Positions 27,509 through 37,135 of a DNA stretch of 45,950 nucleotides are shown piece after piece. The stretch spans positions 1-45,950 of the forward strand of contig JANNWY010000144.1 of the NCBI GenBank assembly GCA_031409335.1, given 5' to 3'. A program made the position numbers and the translations under genes. The notes beneath the pieces were generated by a model. The model worked only from the letters and a program-made list of their open reading frames with translations, had not been told where the DNA came from and made no database searches. Position 1 is the stretch's first letter, and each line of letters opens with the position of its first letter. The DNA comes from Chthoniobacteraceae bacterium. Lineage in GTDB: Bacteria > Verrucomicrobiota > Verrucomicrobiia > Chthoniobacterales > Chthoniobacteraceae.

Positions 27509-29245
27509 ATGATTTCCTCCCCGCGCACATGGATTTTCGCGCTGTTTGCGGCGTTGCTCGCCGCCCTGCCTGGTGCTGCGCGGGCAACGGGGACGCTGCG
27601 ACTGGAGTTTCGCGCGGAAGAAAAGGGCGCGGCTGAAATCACGCGGCTCGACTGGCTCGTGTCAGGGCTGGCATTGCAGCGGAAGGATGGATCGTGGACG
27701 GAGGGGCGCGACTGGTTTGGCTACTTGAGCGCGCGGGAAGGGCGGCTGCAGGTCGATGCGGACGGGGTGTTGGCGGAAGACTTTCGCGCGATCCGTTTCC
27801 GCGTCGGTGTGGATGCGGCGGCAGATCAGGGCGACCCCGCGCGGTGGCCGGCGGAGCACGCGCTGAATCCGACGGTGAACCATCTGCATTGGGGCTGGCA
27901 GGGTGGTTACGTTTTTATGGCGGTCGAGGGGCGGTCGGTGGGCACGGGATTTTCGTATCATCTCGCGGGTGCGGCGAAGCCGATGGTGGTGGAATTGCCC
28001 GTCGAGTTTCGCGGCGGTGGGCCAGTGACGATCCGCGTCGCGCTGGATGCGGCGAAGGTGCTCGCGGGCGTCGATCCGGCGCGCGATGGCATCGCGACGC
28101 ACTCGCGTCCCGGCGATGCGCTGGCGGTGCGGCTGAAGCAGAACGCGGCGTCGGCATTTAGCGTCGCCGGAGTTCACTACGATCTGCTGCAAACCGCGCC
28201 CGCACTGAAAAAGACGGCCACGCGGCCCGCGGGCACGACGCCATTCGCGTTGGCAATCACGCAGCGTTTTCCGCAGGTGAATCTCCCCGCCGACAATCCG
28301 CTCACCGTCGAGGGAGTCGAGCTTGGTCGCCGCCTCTTCCACGACCCGCGTCTTTCCATCAATGCCACGCAATCGTGCGCGTCGTGCCACGATCGCGCGA
28401 ACGCGTTTGCCGATCCGCGCAAGTTCAGCGCCGGCGCGGAAGGCCAGCTCGGGAAACGCAATGCGATGCCGCTGTTCAATCTGGCGTGGGCGCAATCGTT
28501 CTTCTGGGATGGGCGCGCAAAGTCGCTCCGCGAGCAAGTGCTGATGCCGATTCAGGACTCGCACGAGATGAATGAGCGGCTCGATCGTGTGGTCGCGAAG
28601 CTCGCGGTGGACGCGGCGTATCCGGCGGAATTTGAGCGCGCGTTCGGACATCGCGAGATCACCCCGGAACGCCTCGCGATGGCGCTCGAACAATTCCTCC
28701 TCACGCTGATCTCGCAGGAGTCGCGGTTCGATCGCGCGGCGCGAAAACGTGCGGAGATGACGGAGGAGGAGAAGCGTGGGCTCCAGCTTTTCGTCACCGA
28801 ATTCGACCCGGCGCGCGGGCTGCGCGGCGCGGATTGTTTTCACTGCCACGGCGGCACGCTCTTCACGGACAATCTGTTTCACGACAACGGCCTCGCGCTC
28901 GATGAAACCGACCTCGGTCGCATGGCCGCGACCGGGCTCGCCAGCGATCGCGGCAAATTCAAAGCGCCCTCGCTGCGCAATCTCGCCGTCACCGCGCCGT
29001 ACATGCACGACGGACGTTTCGCGACGATCGAGGAAGTCGTGGAGCACTACGACTCGGGCGTGCGGCGGAATGCAAACCTCGACCCAAATCTCGCGAAGCA
29101 TCCCGAAGCCGGACTGCAACTCACTGCCGACGAAAAGCGGGCGCTCGCCGCCTTTCTCAAAACGCTGACCGACGAAACTTTCACTCACGCAGATCCCGCA
29201 ACCCCACCGCTCGTTTTCCGAGCCACAACCACCGACGTACGATGA
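27509..29245 (+). CDS. MbnP-like copper-binding domain fused to MbnH/MauG-like di-heme cytochrome c peroxidase
   Basis: Signal peptide, MbnP-type LHWGWQGGYVF (WxW), then P.DNPLT.EGVELGRRLFHD, CASCH, FFWDGRA, CFHCH and FKAPSLRNLAVTAPYMHDG..EVVEHY. Confidence 0.87.
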   Translation: MISSPRTWIFALFAALLAALPGAARATGTLRLEFRAEEKGAAEITRLDWLVSGLALQRKDGSWTEGRDWFGYLSAREGRLQVDADGVLAEDFRAIRFRVGVDAAADQGDPARWPAEHALNPTVNHLHWGWQGGYVFMAVEGRSVGTGFSYHLAGAAKPMVVELPVEFRGGGPVTIRVALDAAKVLAGVDPARDGIATHSRPGDALAVRLKQNAASAFSVAGVHYDLLQTAPALKKTATRPAGTTPFALAITQRFPQVNLPADNPLTVEGVELGRRLFHDPRLSINATQSCASCHDRANAFADPRKFSAGAEGQLGKRNAMPLFNLAWAQSFFWDGRAKSLREQVLMPIQDSHEMNERLDRVVAKLAVDAAYPAEFERAFGHREITPERLAMALEQFLLTLISQESRFDRAARKRAEMTEEEKRGLQLFVTEFDPARGLRGADCFHCHGGTLFTDNLFHDNGLALDETDLGRMAATGLASDRGKFKAPSLRNLAVTAPYMHDGRFATIEEVVEHYDSGVRRNANLDPNLAKHPEAGLQLTADEKRALAAFLKTLTDETFTHADPATPPLVFRATTTDVR

Positions 29246-32200
29246 AACCCACCCACTCCATCTCCCGCCTACTGCTGCCCGCGCTGCTCGTGCTCGCTTC
29301 GCACGGGGTTGCCGGCCCGGACGATCACGTGCTCAGCGACCAGCTCGCCGCCGAGGCTGCGGCGCTCGCGCCCGCTTTCGTCGCACCCGCCGCTGCCGCG
29401 CCTGCCGATCCGACTGGCGCCGGCGCGTGGGGCGCGGTGATTGCCTGGACGCCGCACATTCCCGTCACGGCCGCGACGCTGCCCGATGGCCGCTTGCTCA
29501 CGTTCGCGTCGAATCAGCGCACCACTTTCCCCGGCGGCCCCGAGTTCACGTACGCCGCCGTCTGGGATCCGGCGACCGGCGTTTTCACCGAATTCAACAA
29601 CACCCGCCACGACATGTTTTGCGGCGGCACCGCGATGCTGCCGGACGGGCGGGTCGTCGTGAATGGCGGGCGCAACACGACCGTGCTTTCGAGCATCTTC
29701 GACTACCGCACCAATCAATGGACGGCCTTGCCAAACATGAATGATCCGCGCTGGTACAACACCAGCGTCGCCCTCTCCGATGGCAACGTCTTCACCGTCA
29801 GTGGCAGCGGCGGCTCGAACACGGCGGAGCGCTGGGACTCGGCGTCCGGCTGGCGGCGGCTCACGGGCATTGGCTGGGGCGCGGTCACGAGCCAGCCCGG
29901 CTACATCAATATCTGGCACCCCTTCCTGGCGCTCGCGCCGAACGGCAATCTCTTCCACTTCGGGCCGACCGACGTGATGAATTGGGTGAACCCGGACGGT
30001 GCCGGTTCGCTCACGCCTTCCGGCCTAAACGTGCCCGGCTCGCACTACCCGAAGGAAGGCGCATCGGCGATGTATGAGGCGGGGAAAATCCTCGTCACTG
30101 GCGGCGGCGCGACCACCACGCCGAACCCGAACGACTCGACCACCGGCACCAGCACGAACATCAGCTACACCGTCGATTTGAACGGCCCGACGCCCGTCAT
30201 CACGCCCGCCGCGTCGATGCAATTCACCCGGCAGTTTGCGAACTCCGTGATCCTGCCGAGCGGCGAAGTCATGGTCATCGGCGGCAACACGAGCGGTTTG
30301 AAATTTAACGACACCGGCTCGGTGCTGACGCCGGAAGTCTGGAACCCGCGCACCGGCACCTGGCGCACGCTCGCGAACATGGCGGTGCCGCGGAACTATC
30401 ACTCCGTCGCGCTGCTGTTGCCCGATGGGCGCGTGTGGTCCGGCGGCGGCGGACTGGGTGGAAATGCAGCGGACCATCGGGATGCGCAAATCTTCACGCC
30501 GCCCGCGCTGTTCAATGCCAACGGGACGCCAGCGACGCGGCCAGTGATCACGCAGGCTCCCGCGCAGATTGGCATTGGCGCGCGCTTCACGGTGCTGTCC
30601 GAGGCGGGCCTCGCGAAGTTCGCGTTCATCAAAATGTCCTCGCAAACGCATTCGATTAACACCGACGTGCGTTACCTCGAACTCGGCTTCACGGAACCCG
30701 CTCCGGGCACCTACGAGATCACCGCGCAAAGCAATCGCAACGTGCTCACGCCGGGCTACTGGATGCTCTTCGCGCTAAATTCCGCGAGCGCGCACTCGGT
30801 CGCGAGAATCATCCAGGTGACCGCCGACAACGCGCCGACGATCACGAATCCCGGCGATCAGCTCACTTCACAAAATGCCGCGGCGAGTTTGCAAATCGTG
30901 GCATCGGCACCGAGCGGCGGGGCGCTCACCTATACCGCGAGCGGGCTGCCCGCGGGCCTCGGCATCGCGAGCGCCACGGGCCTCATCAGCGGCACCATCA
31001 CCGCCGCGCCAGCCGTGTATCCCACGACCGTGACGGTCACTGCCCCGACCGGCTCGGCGGCCAGCGCGTCGTTCAATTGGACCGTGCTCCTGCCCAATCT
31101 CGGCAGCGGGCAAATCCTGCGCGAATGGTGGCTGGGCATCGCCGGCTCGGCGCTCACCGATCTCACGAACAACGCGGCCTATCCCGCCAGCCCGACGGGC
31201 CGCGATTCGCTCACGAGTTTCGAGACGCCGACCGATTGGGCGGACAATCTCGGCCAGCGCGTCCGCGGCTATGTGCATGCGCCGGTGAGCGGCCAGTTTC
31301 GTTTCTGGATAGCGGGTGACGACGAGTCGCGGCTGCTGCTCAGCACGAATGCCAGCGCGGCAAACGCGGCGCAAATCGCGCGCGTCCCGAGCTGGAGTTC
31401 GTCGCGCGAATGGACGAAATTTCCCGAGCAAACTTCCGCGCTCATCACACTCGTCGCCGGCCAGCGTTACTACATCGAGGCGCTGATGAAAGAAGGCGGC
31501 GGCGGCGACAATCTCGCGGTCGCGTGGGCCGTGCCGGGCACGAGCGCGCCGGTCGTGATCTCCGGCCAGTATCTCTCGCCGTTCCTCATCCGTTCGCCGT
31601 TGCTCACCTCGCCGGGAAATCAGAGCACCGTCACCGGCTCGAATGTTTCGCTCGCGATCCAGGCAACCGATCCCGATGGCGACGCGATCACTTTTTCTGC
31701 CACGGGACTGCCGACGGGACTGGCGATCTCCGCCGCATCCGGCGTGATCTCCGGCACGCCAGCGAGCGCGGGGAATTTCTCCGTGACCGTCACCGCCACC
31801 GACGGCGTCAGCACACCGGCTTCGGCGGCGTTTTCGTGGACGATCGTGAATGGACTCACGCTATCCGCGCTCAGCGGAGCGCCGCAGGTGAACGGGACCA
31901 ATGTGAGCCTCACCGCGGCGAGCACCGGCGGGACGAATCCGCGCTACACCTGGAGCTTCGGCGATGGCTCGCCGGACACGGCGTGGTCGAGTTTCCCGGC
32001 CACTGCGCACGCATTCCCCGGACCGGGCCGCTACATCGTCACCATCACCGCGACCGATGACACCGGTCGCGTCGTGAGCACGAGTTTCAACCAGGCGATT
32101 CACGCGCCGCTCACCGCGCGCAAGCCCGCAGTCTCGGGCAGCATCGCCTACCAAACACGCGCCACCGGCAACGCGCGGCTGTGGGTCGTGAACCCTGACA

Positions 32201-35046
32201 ACGACAGCGTCAGCGTCTTCGACGCCGTGACGCGCGCGAAACTCGCCGAGACCGCCGTCGGCGCCGCGCCGCGCGCGCTCGCCATCGCGCCCGATGGCCG
32301 CGTGTGGGTGACGAATGCGGATGCCGCGACGATCTCGATCCTGAGCAACTCGACGTTTGCGGTCGCGCAGACCATCGCGCTACCGCGCGGCGCGCGGCCA
32401 TTCGGCATCGCATTCGATCAGGCGAATGCGTGGGTCGCGCTCGAAGCGACGGGTCGTGTGCTGCGGCTCGATGCGGGCGGCGCGCAGACCGCGAACATTG
32501 ATGTCGGCTTGAATGCGCGACACGTCTCGATCAGCGCGGACGGCGCGCGCGTTTACGTGAGCCGCTTCATCACGCCGCGAATCTCCGGCGAAGAAACCGC
32601 CACGATCACCACGACGAATCAAGGCGGCGAAGTTGTCGTCATCGACACCGCCGCGCTCGCCGTCGAGCGCACTATCATCCTTGCCCACAGCGAGGAACTC
32701 GACACCGCGATCTCCGGTCGGGGCATTCCAAATTACCTCGGCGCGACGGCGATCTCGCCGGACGGACTCTCCGCGTGGGTGCCGTCGAAGCAGGACAACA
32801 TCAAGCGCGGCGTCCTGCGCACCGGCCAGCAGCTCACGCACGAAAGTGCGGTGCGCCCGATCGCCTCGCGCATCGACCTCGTCGCGCAGGCAGAGGACTA
32901 CGGCGCGCGCGTCGATCTCGACAACGCCGGAATGCCGAGCGCGATCTGCTTCGATCCGTGGGGCATCTACGCCTTCACCGCGATCGAGGCCAGCCGCTCC
33001 GTCGCGGTCATCGACGTGTGGAATCAGCGGGAAATCGTGCGTTTCAATGTCGGGCGCGCACCGCAGGGGCTCACCATCTCGCCGGACGGCGGCACCCTGT
33101 TCGTCCACAACTTCATGGATCGCACCGTGACCGTTCACAACGTGAGCGGCATCATCGGCGGCAGCGAATTGCCCGCGGCGACCGCGGCGACTTTGAATTG
33201 CGTGGCAGTGGAAAAACTGGCCGTGCAAGTGCTGCTCGGCAAACAGCTCTTCTACGATGCGAAAGACAACCGCCTCGCGCTCCAGGAATATATTTCCTGC
33301 GCCGCCTGCCACAACGAAGCCGGGCAGGACGGCCGCGTGTGGGATTTCACCGGCTTCGGCGAAGGCCTGCGCAACACGATCACGCTGCGCGGCCACGGCG
33401 CGCACGGGGTGCCGCACTGGACCGGCAACTTTGATGAAGTGCAGGATTTTGAAAATCAGATCCGCAACTTCGCCGGCGGCACTGGCCTCATCGCGAGCGG
33501 CACGCCGAACCCACCGCTCGGCGCGCCTAACGCCGGACGCAGCGCCGATCTCGACGCGCTCGCCGCGTATGTCGCCTCGCTCACAAAAACTGGCGCGAGC
33601 CCGGCGGCACCGTCTGCCGCCGGACGCACGATCTTCAAGCAACAGAACTGCGCGAGCTGCCACAGTGGCGCGGCATTTACGAACAGTGCGCTGAACGTGT
33701 TCCGCAATGTCGGCACGATCAAACAACCGACGAGCGGCCAGCGGCTCGGCGCAGCACTGCCGGGCTTCGACGTGCCGACGCTGCGCGGGCTGTGGGCGAC
33801 CACGCCGTATTTGCACGACGGCTCCGCGACCACGGTCGCCGACGCGATCCGCGCGCACAGCGGCGTGACGCTCAGCGATCCCGACCTCGCGAATCTCGCC
33901 GCGTATGTCGCCAACATTGACGACGACATCGCCAGCGCACCGTCGCTGCTCACGCTCACGCTCACCACGCCGTCGGCAAATGTGAGCGGCGCGTTCACCG
34001 TCACCGCCACGTTCGGCGGACCCGCGAGCGGCTTCGCCCTTGCCGACATCGCGGTCGCGAATGGCACCGCCGCGAACTTCATCGGCAGCGGCGCGAGCTA
34101 CAGTTTTACCGTCACGCCGAGTGCGCTCGGCGCAGTGAATGTGTCCGTCGCGGCAGGTCAGGCGCTTGATCTGGATGGCGATGCGGGCCTCGCGTCGAAC
34201 ACGCTCGCGGTGAATTACGCGCAGGTGAACCGCGCGCCGACGATTGCCGCCGTCAGCAACCAAACCACCGTGCGCGGAAACAGCGCGAGCCTGCAAATCG
34301 CCGCGAGCGATCCCGACGGCCAGACGCTCACGTATTCCGCGAGCGGCTTGCCTGCGGGGCTTTCGATCAACGCGACGGGTCTCATCTCCGGCACGGTCAG
34401 CGCGGGTGCGGCGGCCACGAATACTGTGACCGTCACGGTGGGCGACGGCAGCCTCACGGCGAGCACGGGCTTCACGTGGAGCACCACCGCGCCGCTCGCG
34501 CTCGCACTCACCGGCCGCGACATCGGCTCGCCGGGCCGCGCGGGAAGCAATTCGCTCGCGGCTGGCGTTTACACCATCGCGGGCAGTGGCGCGGACATCT
34601 GGGGCACGAGCGACAAATTCCGCTACGTCTCGCAAACGTTTACTGGCGACGGCGAAATCATCGTGCGCGTCACTTCGCAGACGAACACGAACGTCTGGGC
34701 GAAAGCCGGCATCATGTTCCGCGAAACGCTCAACGCGAATTCGCGCCAAGCGATGATGGTGCTCACGCCGGGCAACGGCACCGCGTTCCAATATCGGGCC
34801 GCGACCGCCGGCGCGAGTTCGCACGTCGGCGGTGCCGCCGCCGCTGCGCCGAACAACTGGCTGCGCCTCGCCCGCCGCGGCAATGTCTTTACCGGCTACC
34901 GATCGAGCGACGGGGTGAACTGGACGCAAGTCGGCACCGCGACGATCCCGATGGCGACGGCGATCAACATCGGCATTTGCGTGACCTCGCATGTGAACGC
35001 GACGTTGAGCACCGCGAAGTTCGACAACGCGCAACTCAAACCCTGA
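29242..35046 (+). CDS. Secreted multidomain copper-radical (galactose oxidase-like) oxidase fused to PA14, Ig/PKD, YVTN propeller and di-heme cytochrome c peroxidase-like domains
   Basis: HDMFCGG, RWYNT, RNYHS and QTHSIN give the Cys-Tyr/Tyr/His/His set. Also ASGLPAGL Ig repeats, PA14 (EGGGGDNL), PKD (WSFGDG), WVVNPDNDSVSV propeller, CAACH, CASCH, PYLHDG and a C-terminal lectin-like WAKAGIMFRE domain. Confidence 0.88.
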   Translation: MKPTHSISRLLLPALLVLASHGVAGPDDHVLSDQLAAEAAALAPAFVAPAAAAPADPTGAGAWGAVIAWTPHIPVTAATLPDGRLLTFASNQRTTFPGGPEFTYAAVWDPATGVFTEFNNTRHDMFCGGTAMLPDGRVVVNGGRNTTVLSSIFDYRTNQWTALPNMNDPRWYNTSVALSDGNVFTVSGSGGSNTAERWDSASGWRRLTGIGWGAVTSQPGYINIWHPFLALAPNGNLFHFGPTDVMNWVNPDGAGSLTPSGLNVPGSHYPKEGASAMYEAGKILVTGGGATTTPNPNDSTTGTSTNISYTVDLNGPTPVITPAASMQFTRQFANSVILPSGEVMVIGGNTSGLKFNDTGSVLTPEVWNPRTGTWRTLANMAVPRNYHSVALLLPDGRVWSGGGGLGGNAADHRDAQIFTPPALFNANGTPATRPVITQAPAQIGIGARFTVLSEAGLAKFAFIKMSSQTHSINTDVRYLELGFTEPAPGTYEITAQSNRNVLTPGYWMLFALNSASAHSVARIIQVTADNAPTITNPGDQLTSQNAAASLQIVASAPSGGALTYTASGLPAGLGIASATGLISGTITAAPAVYPTTVTVTAPTGSAASASFNWTVLLPNLGSGQILREWWLGIAGSALTDLTNNAAYPASPTGRDSLTSFETPTDWADNLGQRVRGYVHAPVSGQFRFWIAGDDESRLLLSTNASAANAAQIARVPSWSSSREWTKFPEQTSALITLVAGQRYYIEALMKEGGGGDNLAVAWAVPGTSAPVVISGQYLSPFLIRSPLLTSPGNQSTVTGSNVSLAIQATDPDGDAITFSATGLPTGLAISAASGVISGTPASAGNFSVTVTATDGVSTPASAAFSWTIVNGLTLSALSGAPQVNGTNVSLTAASTGGTNPRYTWSFGDGSPDTAWSSFPATAHAFPGPGRYIVTITATDDTGRVVSTSFNQAIHAPLTARKPAVSGSIAYQTRATGNARLWVVNPDNDSVSVFDAVTRAKLAETAVGAAPRALAIAPDGRVWVTNADAATISILSNSTFAVAQTIALPRGARPFGIAFDQANAWVALEATGRVLRLDAGGAQTANIDVGLNARHVSISADGARVYVSRFITPRISGEETATITTTNQGGEVVVIDTAALAVERTIILAHSEELDTAISGRGIPNYLGATAISPDGLSAWVPSKQDNIKRGVLRTGQQLTHESAVRPIASRIDLVAQAEDYGARVDLDNAGMPSAICFDPWGIYAFTAIEASRSVAVIDVWNQREIVRFNVGRAPQGLTISPDGGTLFVHNFMDRTVTVHNVSGIIGGSELPAATAATLNCVAVEKLAVQVLLGKQLFYDAKDNRLALQEYISCAACHNEAGQDGRVWDFTGFGEGLRNTITLRGHGAHGVPHWTGNFDEVQDFENQIRNFAGGTGLIASGTPNPPLGAPNAGRSADLDALAAYVASLTKTGASPAAPSAAGRTIFKQQNCASCHSGAAFTNSALNVFRNVGTIKQPTSGQRLGAALPGFDVPTLRGLWATTPYLHDGSATTVADAIRAHSGVTLSDPDLANLAAYVANIDDDIASAPSLLTLTLTTPSANVSGAFTVTATFGGPASGFALADIAVANGTAANFIGSGASYSFTVTPSALGAVNVSVAAGQALDLDGDAGLASNTLAVNYAQVNRAPTIAAVSNQTTVRGNSASLQIAASDPDGQTLTYSASGLPAGLSINATGLISGTVSAGAAATNTVTVTVGDGSLTASTGFTWSTTAPLALALTGRDIGSPGRAGSNSLAAGVYTIAGSGADIWGTSDKFRYVSQTFTGDGEIIVRVTSQTNTNVWAKAGIMFRETLNANSRQAMMVLTPGNGTAFQYRAATAGASSHVGGAAAAAPNNWLRLARRGNVFTGYRSSDGVNWTQVGTATIPMATAINIGICVTSHVNATLSTAKFDNAQLKP

Positions 35047-35049
35047 ACC

Positions 35050-36117
35050 ATGAAACTCCGCGCCAATTTCCTCCTCTCGATCCCGCTCGCCGCGGCGATG
35101 GTGTACGTGTTTGGCAAGATTCCCGTCGCCGATCACGCGGAGTCCACCATCCCGGCAGCGCGCCCCGCCCCGGTCGCCGAGTGGAGCGCGCGGACTCCGC
35201 CCGACGTGAGCGGCGCGGCGGAAGACCCCGCAGTTCCCGCGAATCTGATCGACGACCTGGTCGCCGAACGGGCTGGCACCGGTCCGGAAAGTATCCTCGC
35301 AAAAATAGCGGACGAAGAAGTGCGGCGGCAGTTCGCGCGCGATTGGAGTCGGACCGAGCCGCAGCGCGCCGCAGCGTGGGCGGCCGCGCTTCCGCCCGGT
35401 GAAGCGCGCGACGCGATGTTTGATCAAGTCGCGCTCGGCTGGATCGAGCAGGACGCGACCGGCGCAGTCGCGTGGGCGAATCGCATGACCGAAGACGCCA
35501 CGCGCGAGCGCCTGCTCAATCTGCTCGCCGTCGAGTTTGCGCGCACCGATCCCGTGTCCGCGCTCGACATTGCCGCGCGCCTCACCGCGAGCGCTGAACG
35601 CGACGAACTCTGCCGCCACGCCGTCGCGCAGTGGGCCGTGAAGGATGCCGCCGCCGCGATCGCGTGGGCCGGGGAGATCGCCGACACTGTGCTTCGCGCG
35701 GAGCTGCTGCACGCCATCGTTGCCGTGTGGTCCGCCAGCGAACCCGCTGCCGCCGCCGCTTTCACCGCGACGAGCATTCCCGCCGAGAATCAGCCCCGCG
35801 CCGCCGCCTCCGTCACCCGCGAATGGGCGTTGCGCGATCCCGCCGCCGCCGCCGCGTGGGTCGCCCGCTTTCCAGATAATGCGATGCGCGACTCCGCGTC
35901 CGGGAGCCTCCTCGCGGTGTGGGCCGCGCAGGATGCCGCCGCCGCCGCCGCCTGGATCGCTTCGCTGAAAAATCCAAGCTGGCAGGACAAGGCAAACGCC
36001 TTTCTGGCGAGCGAAATCGCCACGCGGAACGCCCCGCTCGCGCAGCAACTTACCGCCCAAATTTCCGACCCGGCGCTCCGCGCTGAAAACGAGGCACGAC
36101 TCGCCGGGCAGCGTTGA
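35050..36117 (+). CDS. Membrane-anchored helical-repeat hypothetical protein
   Basis: N-terminal hydrophobic segment and repeated W...DP.AA.AW motifs. Starts 3 bp after the oxidase gene. Confidence 0.8.
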   Translation: MKLRANFLLSIPLAAAMVYVFGKIPVADHAESTIPAARPAPVAEWSARTPPDVSGAAEDPAVPANLIDDLVAERAGTGPESILAKIADEEVRRQFARDWSRTEPQRAAAWAAALPPGEARDAMFDQVALGWIEQDATGAVAWANRMTEDATRERLLNLLAVEFARTDPVSALDIAARLTASAERDELCRHAVAQWAVKDAAAAIAWAGEIADTVLRAELLHAIVAVWSASEPAAAAAFTATSIPAENQPRAAASVTREWALRDPAAAAAWVARFPDNAMRDSASGSLLAVWAAQDAAAAAAWIASLKNPSWQDKANAFLASEIATRNAPLAQQLTAQISDPALRAENEARLAGQR

Positions 36118-36185
36118 TTCGCGGCGTCCGCCCATTTTCGCTGGCCCTGAAATGCGGGCAGAGATAGGCACTCGGAGTGAGTCCG

Positions 36186-37040
36186 ATGCACTTCCACAAT
36201 CCCGCTGCCGACATCTCCATCCCCGACGGAAAACCGCCCGCCGCGGCGCTCGCCCGCGTCACGCATCTCGGCATTGGCGCGCATCAGGATGATTTGGAAT
36301 TCATGGCCTTCCACGGGATTCTCGCGTGCTTCAACAGCGACGCGGATTGGTTTGGCGGGGTGACTTGCACGAACGGGTCGGGCAGTTCGCGGATTGGTGC
36401 CTACGAGAAATTCCCGGATGCGCGGATGATGGAAGTGCGGCGCGAGGAGCAGCGACAGGCGGCGATCGTGGGGCGGTATGCGGCGATGGTGCAGCTCGAT
36501 TATCCGAGCCAGATCGTGAAGGACGCGGCGGATGTGACGTTGAAGAATGACCTGAAGGCGATCCTCGCGGCGACCAAGCCGCGCATCGTTTACACGCACA
36601 ATCCGGCGGACAAACACGACACGCACATCGCGGTGGTGGTGCCGGTGTTGCAGGCGATCCGCGAGCTGCCGCGCGAGCAGCGGCCCGCACAGGTGCATGG
36701 CTGCGAAGTTTGGCGCAGCTTGGATTGGATGCCCGATGGGGAAAAAATCGCGCACGACGTGAGCGGCCACGAAAACCTCGCCGCGGCGCTCAATGGCATC
36801 TTCGATTCGCAGATCGCCGGGGGGAAACGCTACGACCTCGCCGTGCTCGGTCGCCGCCGCGCAAACGCGACGTTTTTTGAAAGTCACGGCGTGGATGCAA
36901 GCGACGCGCTCGCCTTTGCGATGGATCTGACGCCGCTCGCGCACGACGACTCGCTGGACATCGTGGATTACGTCGCGGGTTTCATCGACCGCTTCAAAGC
37001 TGACGTGGTGACGAAACTGAGGAAGCGGCTTGGAAAATAA
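36186..37040 (+). CDS. PIG-L/LmbE family N-acetyl-sugar deacetylase
   Basis: GAHQDDLEFMA, TNGSGS, RREEQ.QAA and HNPADKHDTH. An alternative GTG start lies at 36177. Confidence 0.88.
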   Translation: MHFHNPAADISIPDGKPPAAALARVTHLGIGAHQDDLEFMAFHGILACFNSDADWFGGVTCTNGSGSSRIGAYEKFPDARMMEVRREEQRQAAIVGRYAAMVQLDYPSQIVKDAADVTLKNDLKAILAATKPRIVYTHNPADKHDTHIAVVVPVLQAIRELPREQRPAQVHGCEVWRSLDWMPDGEKIAHDVSGHENLAAALNGIFDSQIAGGKRYDLAVLGRRRANATFFESHGVDASDALAFAMDLTPLAHDDSLDIVDYVAGFIDRFKADVVTKLRKRLGK

Positions 37041-37118
37041 ACGCAGAGACGCGGAGGGCGCAGAGGATGATTTGTTGTCGGACCTCTGCGTCCTCCGCGC
37101 CTCTGCGTCTCTGCGTTT
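37039..37118. repeat. Palindromic intergenic repeat with 9-bp (CGCAGAG/CGCGGAG) units
   Basis: aaacgcagagacgcggagggcgcagagg ... cctctgcgtcctccgcgcctctgcgtctctgcgttt. Same architecture as 9456-9551. Confidence 0.88.
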
Positions 37119-37135
37119 TCAAATAAATCTTCCCA

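Noticed and set aside
27509..29245. Methanobactin biosynthetic cluster
   Set aside because: No mbnA, mbnB, mbnC or TonB-dependent transporter nearby; only the MbnP/H-like module is present.
32380..36171. 1263-aa minus-strand ORF (and similar long shadows at 22951-24813, 27662-29188, 42381-44000, 19272-20810, 19343-21001)
   Set aside because: Antisense or alternate-frame shadows of well-supported genes in high-GC DNA, with Arg/Gly/Ala-rich composition and no motifs.
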